A stretch of DNA of 53,800 nt from an uncultured PS1 clade bacterium (GCA_902609025.1 CACLQD010000001.1:1-53800), one strand, 5' to 3'; numbered from the stretch's first letter, positions 1-9,846 are shown. Translations and numbers: made by a program. Notes: a model not told the origin generated them from the sequence alone.

Positions 1-460
1 TAATTTTTTTTACCATAAAACTTCCCTCAGGCACGGCCAAAAGTATTGAACCAATGATACATATAAGGACTGCTAACCATAATGAAAAATGTGGTACTGA
101 ACCTAAAAAAATTCCTATAATTGGAACCAATAAAACATACAAACTAGTAAAAAAACCAGCATTAGTGGCAGTTGTAGTAACAAGACCAATCTGTTGAAAT
201 AATGCAGCAAATCCTAGTAAAGTTCCTAGGGTCAAACCATAAATTATCAAAGATTTTGAATCTATTTTTTTGGGTAAACCAAAAAATGGTAGGATTGTTA
301 ATAATAAAAATGCTCCAATCAGGAATCTTATTGCCGTAAATTGAAGAGGAGACCAAAAGTCCATGGCAATTTTTTGTGGTATAAAAGTTGAACCCCAAAT
401 TAATGAAGCAATTAGAAGTATTAAAGCTCCTTTTAAATTGTCAGGATATGTTTTTAACAA
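1..460 (-). CDS. EamA/DMT-family permease (partial; C-terminus lies beyond the window start)
   Basis: My own minus-strand translation, in a frame not listed in the track, is open from 460 down to 1: (TTG)LKTYPDNLKGALILLIASLIWGSTFIPQKIAMDFWSPLQFTAIRFLIGAFLLL... It is a run of hydrophobic helices with an EamA-like LIWGSTF / RFxxG pattern. The in-frame TGA at 466-468 (the rpmF stop) bounds the N-terminus, so only TTG 458-460 is available as a start. The track ORF 162..398 is a different frame and looks non-protein-like. Confidence 0.55.
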   Translation of the reverse strand, partial: MLKTYPDNLKGALILLIASLIWGSTFIPQKIAMDFWSPLQFTAIRFLIGAFLLLTILPFFGLPKKIDSKSLIIYGLTLGTLLGFAALFQQIGLVTTTATNAGFFTSLYVLLVPIIGIFLGSVPHFSLWLAVLICIIGSILLAVPEGSFMVKKI

Positions 461-465
461 AATAT

Positions 466-651
466 TTACTCAGAATCCTTCTGAGCAAGTATTTGTTTTC
501 CATTATACATTCCAGTCTTAAGATCAATGTGATGAGGTCTATGAAGCTCACCAGAGTCTTTATTTTCTACAAAAGTTGGTGCCTTAGTTTTATGACCTAA
601 TCTTCTCTTACCTCTTCTAGAGGGACTAACTTTTCTTTTTGGAACAGCCAT
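466..651 (-). CDS. rpmF: 50S ribosomal protein L32
   Basis: The 61-aa product starts [17 protein letters not shown], the canonical L32 N-terminus. Confidence 0.95.
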   Translation of the reverse strand: MAVPKRKVSPSRRGKRRLGHKTKAPTFVENKDSGELHRPHHIDLKTGMYNGKQILAQKDSE

Positions 652-717
652 TCTTGTATCTCCAAATTATCAATGTGGTTTTATAAATGTATAATTCTAT
701 GCAGGCAAGTGGAAAGA

Positions 718-2538
718 TTAATTAATAAATAAACATGTACCACAAAGATAATATAATGCCTTAGGGTCATTATAGTTACTTATATTGGTAAAAAGAGCTT
801 CAAACCTGTAGTCAATATCTAGATTCTTATTAATAATTTCGTTTTTCATACCAATTTCGTTTATCAGAAATGGTAAAAAATTCGAAACACGACTTTTTTT
901 CTTATAAATTCTTTTAACATTATATTCATCTATTTCTGCTAAACTTGCCGCTTTTTCTATTGCATCATCCAAAGATCCTATTTCATCAATTAAATTGAAT
1001 TTAAGAGCATCTTTGCCGATCCATACTTGTCCTTTTGCTAATTTATTAACATCCTCAATCAATATATTTCTTCCTTCAGAAACTAGGTTAATAAATTTAT
1101 CATATATATTTTGAATAATAATTTTATTTAAATTAATTAATCTTTCATCAGGTCTTTTTGAGTAAATACCTCTGTAAGTATCAGAAAATACTGATGATGA
1201 TACTCCATCCTCATTTAATCCAATTTTGTTAAAGGTCCCTTCAGCATTAAATATTACTGAAGCTACTCCAATAGAACCTGTAATAGTTAAATCTTCTGCA
1301 AAAATATAATCTGTTGAAGCAGCAACCCAATAGCCACCTGAAGCGGCAACGCCCCCCATAGATGTTACTATAGGAATATTTTTTTCTCTTACACGAATTA
1401 ATGCATCTCTTATTAATTCTGAAGCAAATACTGAGCCACCTGGAGTATTAACCCTTACTACCATTGCTTTTACTTGATCATTTTTTAAAGCTTTATCAAA
1501 TAAAGCAGAAATATTATCTCCACTTGCTGCGCCAGAAGTTTGATAACCGTCAATAATTGGACCTAAAATATTTACAACTGCAACAGTATTTTCTTCATCA
1601 TTATTTTCTTTGGATTTAAAGTAATTTCTATAATCAACATGCTTCCATTCATTTTCATCTTTAGAATATTCTTTTTTGAAATATTTTTCTAAATCTCCCC
1701 TTTTTACTAAACTATCAATTAATTTATATTCAACTGAAGCTTTGCCCCAATCACCTCCATTTTGTTCAAGTATCTGATCAATATTATTTAAAAAATAATC
1801 AATTGACCCTAGGTTAAGTTCTCTGTTTCTTTCAATTACATCAGTAATCTCTTTCCATATATTGCTAAAGAGATTTAGGCGTTGATTCTTATCGTCCTCA
1901 CTCATTGATGAAAGAGTTAGATTTTCAAATGCTGTTTTAAACTGACCCTCAGAAAGATTAATTACTTCCAATCCAATTTTGTCAAAAAAGTCTTTAAAAA
2001 AGAGTCTTTTCGAGGAAAAGCCTTGAAATAAAACTCCTCCTGATGGATAAGAAATAATTTCTGTAGATGGAGATGCTATAATATATGCGCTCTGGGAAAA
2101 GAAGTCTGAATAAGCAATTATAAATTTACCTGAAAGTTTAAAATCTTCTAATTGATTGGTAATCTTAAGCAACTCTGCAGGATAACCACCTAAAAAATCA
2201 CTTAAATCAATAAATATCCCTAAAATCTTATCATCATTCTTAGCACCTTCAATCGCATTAAGTAGTTGATGTAAATCAATTTGAGGTGTATTTGTTTCTT
2301 GAAAAAAAATATCCCCTAAATCTGTATTAGATGTCTTCTCTTCAACTATTAAACCTTCCATAGGAATATATAACGCCGAACCATCCTCGACATCTATTGG
2401 TCTATCTAATGAAGAAAATCGAAGGAAAATTACTATACCTGCAATAATTATCAGACCAGTTAAAAATTTTGGTAAAAATAGGATAAAACTTATTAAATTT
2501 TTTAAGAAAATTTTTGAGATGTATAATATTTTTTTCAA
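718..2538 (-). CDS. sppA: Signal peptide peptidase SppA, 67K type (S49 family)
   Basis: 606 aa with an N-terminal TM segment, duplicated S49 domains and the motif SMGGVAASGGYW. Confidence 0.85.
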   Translation of the reverse strand: MKKILYISKIFLKNLISFILFLPKFLTGLIIIAGIVIFLRFSSLDRPIDVEDGSALYIPMEGLIVEEKTSNTDLGDIFFQETNTPQIDLHQLLNAIEGAKNDDKILGIFIDLSDFLGGYPAELLKITNQLEDFKLSGKFIIAYSDFFSQSAYIIASPSTEIISYPSGGVLFQGFSSKRLFFKDFFDKIGLEVINLSEGQFKTAFENLTLSSMSEDDKNQRLNLFSNIWKEITDVIERNRELNLGSIDYFLNNIDQILEQNGGDWGKASVEYKLIDSLVKRGDLEKYFKKEYSKDENEWKHVDYRNYFKSKENNDEENTVAVVNILGPIIDGYQTSGAASGDNISALFDKALKNDQVKAMVVRVNTPGGSVFASELIRDALIRVREKNIPIVTSMGGVAASGGYWVAASTDYIFAEDLTITGSIGVASVIFNAEGTFNKIGLNEDGVSSSVFSDTYRGIYSKRPDERLINLNKIIIQNIYDKFINLVSEGRNILIEDVNKLAKGQVWIGKDALKFNLIDEIGSLDDAIEKAASLAEIDEYNVKRIYKKKSRVSNFLPFLINEIGMKNEIINKNLDIDYRFEALFTNISNYNDPKALYYLCGTCLFIN

Positions 2539-2559
2539 AAAATGGACCCTTATTTTAGT

Positions 2560-2958
2560 TTAATATTTGTAAGTATTTTCCGTTTCATCGCCTTTTAATG
2601 AATAGAGATAAATCAAAGGAATTATGCCTATAATAGTAAAGGTCAATAAATACCAGAGACCATTCTTATTTATATCATGCAATCTCCTTATTGATACTGA
2701 AATTTCAGGTATCAGAAGAAATAAATTAAATGTAAAATTAATTCCAGAAAACAAAATTGTTTCAAGGAATGTCAATGATAAAAATAATAAAATCCTAAAT
2801 AATTGCCAGTGCCAAAATTCTGCCCTTGAAGATCTTCCTTCAAAATCAAAATACCTTGCAAAACAAGTAGTAACTGAATTTATGACATCATCAACAAACT
2901 TCACAATGAAATTATATAGAGAATCTATCTCCGAGATAAACCTTTCTGACATCTTCAT
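2560..2958 (-). CDS. DUF805-family inner membrane protein
   Basis: Carries YFDFEGRSSRAEFWHWQLF and IRRLHDINKNGLW, which are DUF805 (YhaH/YhaI-like) hallmarks, plus 3-4 TM helices. The ATG at 2958 overlaps the lptB 3' end by 47 nt. An in-frame GTG at 2902-2904 would remove the overlap, so the start is uncertain. Confidence 0.7.
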   Translation of the reverse strand: MKMSERFISEIDSLYNFIVKFVDDVINSVTTCFARYFDFEGRSSRAEFWHWQLFRILLFLSLTFLETILFSGINFTFNLFLLIPEISVSIRRLHDINKNGLWYLLTFTIIGIIPLIYLYSLKGDETENTYKY

Positions 2959-3676
2959 TACCTACAATATCATTAGGTTCACCTTCAATTAGAACTGAAC
3001 CCTCATGAATAAGAATAGCCCGATCTATTAGAGTAAGCGTTTCTCTTACATTATGGTCAGTGATAAGAACGCCTACCCCTCTTTCTTTCAAATGTGAAAC
3101 TAGTTCTCTAATTTCACCAACTGCAATAGGGTCTATACCTGCAAATGGCTCATCTAAAAGTATATATTTTGGATGTGAAGCTAAGCATCGAGCTATTTCT
3201 ACTCTTCGTCTTTCCCCACCTGAAAGCGATAAAGCAGGGGTTCTTCTTAAATGATCTATATCAAATTCCTTTAATAGATGATCTATTTCTTCTTCTACTT
3301 TTTGTTTGTCCTCTTCTAGGATTTCTAAAATTGCTTTAATATTCTCTTCGACAGTCAATCCTCGGAATATAGATGCCTCTTGAGGTAAATAACCAATACC
3401 ATTCTTGGATCTTTTATAAATCGGTAGATCGGTAATATCTTCACCATCTAAAATAATCGAACCTGAATCAGGTTTTATTAAGCCTATAATGGTATAAAAA
3501 AGAGTTGTTTTACCCGATCCATTTGGGCCCAATAAACCTATAGCCTCTCCACACTTAAATTGGAATTCTACCTCTCTTACTACTGGTCTTCCAGAAAATG
3601 ATTTACTTATTTTATTTATAATAAGCCCTTCATCACTATTTTTAACTAGAATAGGCTTTTGATCTTCAGCGACCAT
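2912..3676 (-). CDS. lptB: LPS export ABC transporter ATP-binding protein LptB
   Basis: Walker A GPNGSGKTT, signature LSGGERRRVEIAR, Walker B ILLDEPFAGIDP. Located directly downstream of lptC-lptA. Confidence 0.9.
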   Translation of the reverse strand: MVAEDQKPILVKNSDEGLIINKISKSFSGRPVVREVEFQFKCGEAIGLLGPNGSGKTTLFYTIIGLIKPDSGSIILDGEDITDLPIYKRSKNGIGYLPQEASIFRGLTVEENIKAILEILEEDKQKVEEEIDHLLKEFDIDHLRRTPALSLSGGERRRVEIARCLASHPKYILLDEPFAGIDPIAVGEIRELVSHLKERGVGVLITDHNVRETLTLIDRAILIHEGSVLIEGEPNDIVGNEDVRKVYLGDRFSI

Positions 3677-3680
3677 TTTA

Positions 3681-4199
3681 TTATTCCTCTTTATTACCTT
3701 GATCTACCAATACCCCTTTGACTCTCTCTTGGTCAAGTTTATCATCAAAAATCTCAATTTTTCCTGAATTTATATCTAAAATAAGTTTGTTTCCATTAAT
3801 CATAGACATTTGATTTTTTAGCACAACATTTTCAGTCATAATAATCTTTTCATCACTTACATTATAAGTTGCTAAATTGCCAGTTATAGAGGTTGAATCA
3901 TTATTTTTAATCAAAATATTTCCAGAAGCTAACATTTTATAAAAACCCTCCTGACTAAAATTATTATCAAAGAAAAGTTCAATTTGGTCAGCAGTTAAAT
4001 AGGCCGAGCCCTGTTTTAGAATAACATTTCCTGAAAAACCGATAGTTTTTTTTTCTCTTTCAATGAACATATTTTCTGAAGTAATTTCATAAGGCTCATC
4101 TCTCTCTACAGAAAAATTATTGCCTTCATCAGATAGCCCTACATCTGTGAGGAAAAAAGAAAAAAGCATGAATATCACTATAATATTTTTCCTAGTCAT
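3681..4199 (-). CDS. lptA: LPS transport periplasmic protein LptA (OstA-like domain)
   Basis: 172 aa with a signal peptide and an OstA_N-like repetitive beta pattern (GNVILKQGSAYLTADQIELF...). Sits between lptC and lptB. Confidence 0.75.
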   Translation of the reverse strand: MTRKNIIVIFMLFSFFLTDVGLSDEGNNFSVERDEPYEITSENMFIEREKKTIGFSGNVILKQGSAYLTADQIELFFDNNFSQEGFYKMLASGNILIKNNDSTSITGNLATYNVSDEKIIMTENVVLKNQMSMINGNKLILDINSGKIEIFDDKLDQERVKGVLVDQGNKEE

Positions 4200-4821
4200 T
4201 TTTTAACTCACTTGTTGGTTTTGAGATCTTTAGCCTAATGCCTGATGAAAAGAAAATTTTTGACCCTTTATCATGAACTTCGATTTTTCCTGCATAAAAA
4301 TTTACATTTTCTTTACCGCCAGTAACTGGGCCTTCGATGAAAATAAAAGATGTATCAAGATTCATTGATACAGAATTCGCAATAAATGAATATCCATCAA
4401 ATGTCTTTCCCTCAAGATTATCAAATAAAATAGCTGAGTTAGTTGATGCAAGATATTTTGCAAAATTAGATAATAAATTAAGTGTGAGTTTATCTTTATT
4501 GTAAAATTCTAAATTCACTTTTTCTAACTCTATATCTTTAAGTTCGGGTCCAAGTGGACTAGCTCTATTTGCAGTTAATTTATAAAAACTTCCATCAGAT
4601 GTATTTCCTGTTAATAGTGGCTTAATAACACCAGAAGTAGAGTCAAAAGTTAATCTTGAGTAATTACCTATATCACTATCATCTATAACAAAAACTTTTT
4701 TGGTGCTGATGTATTGAAAAATAATAAATAAGATAAAAATAAATATAAAAATCGGTAAAAAAAGCTTTAACCTTTTTATTTTAATCTTATCTATTTGATT
4801 TTTCGATCTAATTTCATTCAT
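4192..4821 (-). CDS. lptC: LPS export system protein LptC (membrane anchored)
   Basis: 209 aa with a single N-terminal TM helix and a beta-rich periplasmic domain. It overlaps the lptA start by 8 nt. The assignment rests mainly on position, because the sequence family is weakly conserved. Confidence 0.6.
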   Translation of the reverse strand: MNEIRSKNQIDKIKIKRLKLFLPIFIFIFILFIIFQYISTKKVFVIDDSDIGNYSRLTFDSTSGVIKPLLTGNTSDGSFYKLTANRASPLGPELKDIELEKVNLEFYNKDKLTLNLLSNFAKYLASTNSAILFDNLEGKTFDGYSFIANSVSMNLDTSFIFIEGPVTGGKENVNFYAGKIEVHDKGSKIFFSSGIRLKISKPTSELKND

Positions 4822-4823
4822 AA

Positions 4824-5435
4824 CTAATGTCTAAAAATATCGATTTCAGACCATCCATTTAAATCTAAATATGCTCTTGTAGAAATAAAATTGAAGCAAT
4901 CTTGTGCTAACTCTTTTCTGTTTACTTTCTCTAATTTATCTTCAAGTATTGCTTTTAATTTATGTAAATGCAGAACATCAGAAGCTGCATAATTTTTTTG
5001 TTCCTCACTAAGCTCTTCTAAACTCCAATCAGAAGTTTGTTCATTTTTTGATATCTCAATTCCTAGTAATTCTTTGCATATATCTTTTAAGCCATGCTTA
5101 TCAGTATAAGTTCTTGCTAATTTTGAAGCTATTTTTGTACAATAAATTGGAGCGCAATTAATATCTAAATAATGTTTAATAACAGCAACATCAAAACGTG
5201 CAAAGTGAAATATCTTTTCACAATTTGGATCACTTAGTATTTTTTTTAAATTAGGTGCATCATAATTACTTCTATCAAATTGTAATAAATGAGCAGTCCC
5301 ATCACCTGAGGAGAGCTGTATTAGGCACAAAGGATCTCTCTCTGGGATTAATCCTAGGGTTTCAGTATCAACGGCAACGCTATCTCCAAAATCAAGATTT
5401 TTGGGTAGATCACCTTTATAAATAGTAATAGTCAT
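4824..5435 (-). CDS. DEDD-type 3'-5' exonuclease (short RNase D-like)
   Basis: Motifs VAVDTETLGL, HFARFD and YAASDVLHL, which are the ExoI-III motifs of the RNase D / DnaQ-like superfamily. It is the first gene of the lptCAB operon (2-nt gap), an arrangement I recall as common in Alphaproteobacteria. Confidence 0.75.
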   Translation of the reverse strand: MTITIYKGDLPKNLDFGDSVAVDTETLGLIPERDPLCLIQLSSGDGTAHLLQFDRSNYDAPNLKKILSDPNCEKIFHFARFDVAVIKHYLDINCAPIYCTKIASKLARTYTDKHGLKDICKELLGIEISKNEQTSDWSLEELSEEQKNYAASDVLHLHKLKAILEDKLEKVNRKELAQDCFNFISTRAYLDLNGWSEIDIFRH

Positions 5436-5537
5436 ACGATCATTCTTTGGTAATTAAATAAAATAAGTTAAAATAATATATAGAATTATACAGCATATAT
5501 TTATTATAAAAAATAATATTTCAAAAGAGTGCTAACA

Positions 5538-6209
5538 ATGGCGACATTATATCATTATCCTTTATGTCCTTTCAGCAGAAAAATAAGACTATTATTGAGA
5601 GAAAGAAATATTGATCCTGACCTTATAACAGAAGCATTTTGGCAAAAAAGAAAGGAATTTATTAGAACTAATCCTTCTGGTGATGTGCCAGTCCTAATAA
5701 TCGAAAAAAATAAGATTTGCGGTCATTATGCCATAACTGAATTTTTGGAAGAAAAATTTGAAACCACTTTTCCTGAAGATATTAATGAAAAAAATGAATG
5801 TCGAAGAATTATGGATTGGTTCGACAGTAAATTTCATTCAGAAGTATTAAAAATTGTTCTTCATGAAAAAGTTGAAAGACAATTTCTTAATGTAGGGCAA
5901 GGTGGGGGGTTACCGAGATTAGATAGAATTAAAGTTGGGATTCATAATCTAAATTACCATCTCAAATATATTGAAAATTTATTAAATGATAGATTTTGCC
6001 TAGTTTCAGAAAAAGTAAATAATGCTGACTTTACTGCTGCAGCTCATATTTCTTGTTTAGATTATCTAGGAGATATTCCATGGAAAAAATATCCTAGATT
6101 GAAAGAATGGTATGCAAAAATTAAAAGCAGACCAAGCTTTAGATCACTATTAACTGACCAAATCATGAGCATCCCTCCAAGAGGAAAATATGTCTCACTC
6201 GACTTCTAA
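5538..6209 (+). CDS. Glutathione S-transferase family protein
   Basis: N-terminal thioredoxin-like fold LYHYPLCPFSRKIRLLL plus a C-terminal helical GST domain. The track start is GTG 5529; ATG 5538 (MATLYHY) seems more likely. Confidence 0.7.
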   Translation: MATLYHYPLCPFSRKIRLLLRERNIDPDLITEAFWQKRKEFIRTNPSGDVPVLIIEKNKICGHYAITEFLEEKFETTFPEDINEKNECRRIMDWFDSKFHSEVLKIVLHEKVERQFLNVGQGGGLPRLDRIKVGIHNLNYHLKYIENLLNDRFCLVSEKVNNADFTAAAHISCLDYLGDIPWKKYPRLKEWYAKIKSRPSFRSLLTDQIMSIPPRGKYVSLDF

Positions 6210-7338
6210 TAGAGATGAAATAACCAAGAAAAAGAAACTTATAATTGAGAAATCTCAAGCTTTAGGGTTTGATGTTATTGGTTTTGCAAATCCAAAATTA
6301 CCAAAAAGTGTAAAAAAAAATTTAGATAGTTTTCTCAAATCAAATTTTCATGGGGAAATGGATTGGTTAGCTAAAAACAAGCATAGAAGAGAGTCTCCCG
6401 AAAATCTATGGTCAGATGTAAAAACTGTTATTTCTTTGGGATCAAATTATGGGCCTCATAAAAATCCATTAGAAAATTTAATTAACAAGGATTACGGAAA
6501 TATTTCTGTGTATGCTAGAGGCGAAGATTATCATAAGATAATTAAAAAAAATTTGAAAAAATTTGGAGGTTGGTTAGCAAAAGAATTAAACTGTAATTTA
6601 AAAGTTTTTGTCGATACTGCTCCAATTATGGAAAAAAATATTGCTGAAATAGCAGGAATAGGATGGCAAGGAAAACATTCAAACATAGTCAGTAAGAATT
6701 ATGGTTCATGGTTATTTTTATCAGAGATTTTTTTAGATGTATTTATAACTGAGGATATTGAAGAAAAAGATAACTGTGGAACCTGTAAAAAATGTCTAAA
6801 AATTTGTCCGACAGATGCCTTTATAGATAAATACAAAATGGACGCTAGAAAGTGTATATCCTATTTAACCATAGAGCATAAAAGTCAGATTCCACTAGAG
6901 TATAGAAATAAAATAGGTAATAGAATATATGGCTGTGATGATTGCCTAGCTATATGTCCTTGGAATAAATTTGCTTCAAAATCTAAGGAAATAAAGTTTC
7001 TAACTAACAAAAAAGAAGAAGATTTAAAATTATCAAAACTATCAAAATTAAGTGATCAAGAATTTAGAAATTTTTTCTCATCATCACCAATTAAAAGAAT
7101 TGGCAGAAACCGTTTTATAAGAAATGTATTAATCGCTATAGGTAATTCTGATAATAGATCTTTATCAAAAGATGCATTAGATAATTTAAAGGATGATTCA
7201 CCATTGGTTAGGGGTGCAGCTATTTGGGCTCTTAGGAAACTGCTTAATAACAAAGAAATAAGTAACATCAAAAAGAAATATATAATTAATGAAAAAGACA
7301 GTTCAGTCATTAGTGAATGGGACAATGATATTTCTTAG
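6190..7338 (+). CDS. queG: tRNA epoxyqueuosine(34) reductase QueG
   Basis: Two 4Fe-4S ferredoxin motifs (CGTCKKCLKICP and CDDCLAICPWNKF), the ISVYARGEDYH motif and a C-terminal HEAT-like tail. Overlaps the GST gene by 20 nt. Confidence 0.9.
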   Translation: MSHSTSNRDEITKKKKLIIEKSQALGFDVIGFANPKLPKSVKKNLDSFLKSNFHGEMDWLAKNKHRRESPENLWSDVKTVISLGSNYGPHKNPLENLINKDYGNISVYARGEDYHKIIKKNLKKFGGWLAKELNCNLKVFVDTAPIMEKNIAEIAGIGWQGKHSNIVSKNYGSWLFLSEIFLDVFITEDIEEKDNCGTCKKCLKICPTDAFIDKYKMDARKCISYLTIEHKSQIPLEYRNKIGNRIYGCDDCLAICPWNKFASKSKEIKFLTNKKEEDLKLSKLSKLSDQEFRNFFSSSPIKRIGRNRFIRNVLIAIGNSDNRSLSKDALDNLKDDSPLVRGAAIWALRKLLNNKEISNIKKKYIINEKDSSVISEWDNDIS

Positions 7339-8097
7339 TTAGTTATTGTAAACATTAAGGATTGCTTCTCCCAAACTTTTAAGATCACTATCACTAGATA
7401 AACTATGATCACCATTTTTATTAAAACTTACATTGATATCATCTGATAAAAAACTAGACATTAAGTCTAGAGATAATTTCCAGGGAACGGAATCATCTTT
7501 AATACCGTGAAAAATTCTTATTGGAATATTTAAGTTAATTTTATCTTTCAAAATAAGATGTTTTCTCCCATCATCGATAAGTTTTTTTGTAATTCTATAA
7601 CTAGAATCGTAATCCTCCACATATCTCTCAATGTAACCCTGTGATTTAATTAATTTTTTTTCTTTCGATGAAAATTTTTTCCACATTAGGTTTTCTGTCA
7701 TATCTAGTGCTGGTGCAATCAGAATTAAACCTTTTACTTTTTTTCGTCTTTTCAATGAAACTAAAGTAGATATCCAACCTCCCATCGAAGAGCCAATCAA
7801 AATAACTTCATTATCTATTATTTGATCCATAATTTTGATGCCATTATTTAGCCAGTCTGATATGACACAATTATTAAATTCCTTTGAAGATCTTCCATGG
7901 CCAAAATAGTCAAACCTAAAAAAGTTAATCCTATTTTTTTTAGAAAAATTTGAAAGATATTGAGCTTTAGTACCGCTCATATCGGAATTTAAACCTCCAA
8001 ACCATAGAAGACTCTTTTTATTTTTATGATAAATTTGCTCTTTATAGGCTATAAAGTCTTTCTTGTTAGTATATAATTTTTTGAAGGATTGACCCAT
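7339..8097 (-). CDS. Alpha/beta-fold hydrolase
   Basis: 252 aa with the nucleophile elbow GSSMGG and a C-terminal D...H arrangement. No more specific assignment is possible. Confidence 0.65.
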   Translation of the reverse strand: MGQSFKKLYTNKKDFIAYKEQIYHKNKKSLLWFGGLNSDMSGTKAQYLSNFSKKNRINFFRFDYFGHGRSSKEFNNCVISDWLNNGIKIMDQIIDNEVILIGSSMGGWISTLVSLKRRKKVKGLILIAPALDMTENLMWKKFSSKEKKLIKSQGYIERYVEDYDSSYRITKKLIDDGRKHLILKDKINLNIPIRIFHGIKDDSVPWKLSLDLMSSFLSDDINVSFNKNGDHSLSSDSDLKSLGEAILNVYNN

Positions 8098-8106
8098 AGG
8101 ATTTAA

Positions 8107-9276
8107 ATGCCTCAGATTGATATTAAAAATATAATACAGATTATACCTAATATGGAAATAGGTGGAGCAGAAAAGACAGTCCTAGAAATTGGATCTTATT
8201 TAAAGAATACTCATTATGAACCTATTGTTTTGACAAGTGGAGGAAGAATGATTGAGAATTTAAAAGAAAAAGAAATTAAGGTATTAAAAAGAAAAATAGA
8301 TCAAAAAAATCCATATAAAATATTTACAAATATTGATAAATTTAAAAATATATTTCTAGAAAATAAAGTTTCTCTAGTCCATGCAAGATCAAGAGCTCCA
8401 GCATGGTCAGCTTATTATGCTTCAAAAAAATTAAATATTCCTTTCATAACTACATGGCATGGTCATGCAGAAAACTCATCTTACTTTAAAAAAAAATATA
8501 ATTCAATTATGCTAAAGGGTAGTGCTGTTATAGCTAATTCAGAATATACTGCGAAAAAAATAAGCGAAAATTACAGTTATGACATCTCAAATATAGATAT
8601 AATACCTCGAGGAGTAAGTTCTTCAGATTACACTTCAAATAATTTTTCAGAAAAAGAAATAATAGATTTAAAAAGAAAATGGATTATTAAAGATGATCAA
8701 AAAGTTATACTCCTTCCTGCAAGATATTCAAGTTGGAAGGGCCATGAACTAGCAATAAGGGCTTGTTCAAAAATTATTGAAGAAAATCCGAAATTAAATA
8801 TTTCTATAATTTTTATTGGTAATAAAGAAGGAAATGAAAAATATGTCAGTAATTTAGAAAAATTATCTAATACCCTAGGGCTTTCAAATTATATAAAAAT
8901 ACTAGGAAATTTCGAAAATATGCCTCTTGCTTATCATGTATCTGACATAATTTTATATCCATCAATAGCTCCCGAACCATTTGGAAGAGTATCAATAGAA
9001 ACTCAGGCAGCTGGTAAAATAATTATTGCATCTAATAATGGGGGTATGACTGAAACAATAAAAGAGGGTGAAAATAATACCGGCTTTAGGATTAAAAATA
9101 ATGATATGGAAGATCTAAAAAACAAAATTAATTTAGCCTTAAATCTTAATGATGATGAGATTAGTAATTTAGGGAAAAGAGCGATAGAATATGTTGATAA
9201 AAACTTCTCACTTGAAAATATGTGTAAAAAAACACTTGATGTTTACGATAGAATATTAAATGTTTCTAAAAAGTAA
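8107..9276 (+). CDS. Glycosyltransferase, family 4 (GT-B fold)
   Basis: 389 aa with an N-terminal GGAEK motif and the C-terminal EPFGRVSIETQAAGKIIIASNNGG motif (E-x7-E type). Confidence 0.75.
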   Translation: MPQIDIKNIIQIIPNMEIGGAEKTVLEIGSYLKNTHYEPIVLTSGGRMIENLKEKEIKVLKRKIDQKNPYKIFTNIDKFKNIFLENKVSLVHARSRAPAWSAYYASKKLNIPFITTWHGHAENSSYFKKKYNSIMLKGSAVIANSEYTAKKISENYSYDISNIDIIPRGVSSSDYTSNNFSEKEIIDLKRKWIIKDDQKVILLPARYSSWKGHELAIRACSKIIEENPKLNISIIFIGNKEGNEKYVSNLEKLSNTLGLSNYIKILGNFENMPLAYHVSDIILYPSIAPEPFGRVSIETQAAGKIIIASNNGGMTETIKEGENNTGFRIKNNDMEDLKNKINLALNLNDDEISNLGKRAIEYVDKNFSLENMCKKTLDVYDRILNVSKK

Positions 9277-9309
9277 TTTATTTAGAAAACTAATAATGGA
9301 GATAAATCT

Positions 9310-9846
9310 ATAACTAGAAATTTTAGGAATAACTCTTCGAGTTCAAAAGGGCCAAGAGTTAATGGGCAAATAGAGGCAAATGAAGTTCTTTTAATTGACT
9401 CTAAAGGCGGAAAAAAAGGTATCACTTCAATAGATGAGGCATTAAGTTTTGCAAAGCAAGAGGGCTTAGACTTGGTAGAAATATCACCTAAGGCAAATCC
9501 TCCTGTGTGCAAAGTTATTGATTATGGAAAGTATAAATATCAAACTCAAAAGAGAGCTAACGAAGCTAAAAAGAAACAAAAAAATATTGATGTAAAAGAA
9601 ATCAAATTTAGACCAAATATTGATACGCATGATTATAATGTAAAAATGAAGAGTGTTGAAAAATTTATTGGTGAGGGAGATAAAGTTAAGGTTACCCTTA
9701 GGTTTAGGGGTAGAGAAATGGCTCATCAAGACAGGGGTACAGATTTACTAGAAAAAATTAAAGTTGAATCAGACGAATTTGCTAAAGTTGAACTACTTCC
9801 TAAATTTGAAGGAAGGCAAATGGTAATGGTATTAGCTCCAAAATAA
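9310..9846 (+). CDS. infC: Translation initiation factor IF-3, non-AUG (AUA) start
   Basis: The frame is open from 9286, after TAG 9283-9285. The conserved IF-3 N-domain [60 protein letters not shown] lies upstream of the track's 9472 start (TTG). The only start-like codon in the open stretch is ATA 9310-9312, preceded by GGAG at 9298-9301. Confidence 0.85.
   Translation: MTRNFRNNSSSSKGPRVNGQIEANEVLLIDSKGGKKGITSIDEALSFAKQEGLDLVEISPKANPPVCKVIDYGKYKYQTQKRANEAKKKQKNIDVKEIKFRPNIDTHDYNVKMKSVEKFIGEGDKVKVTLRFRGREMAHQDRGTDLLEKIKVESDEFAKVELLPKFEGRQMVMVLAPK

Noticed and set aside
162-398. Track ORF of 78 aa on the minus strand
   Set aside because: Its sequence is not protein-like. A different minus-strand frame over 1-460 gives a convincing EamA-type membrane protein, so this ORF is an out-of-frame shadow.
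7021-7060. Short tandem repeat encoding KLSKLSKLS inside queG
   Set aside because: It is only about three imperfect 9-nt units inside a linker of a well-supported gene. It is consistent with low-complexity AT-rich coding sequence rather than a functional repeat.
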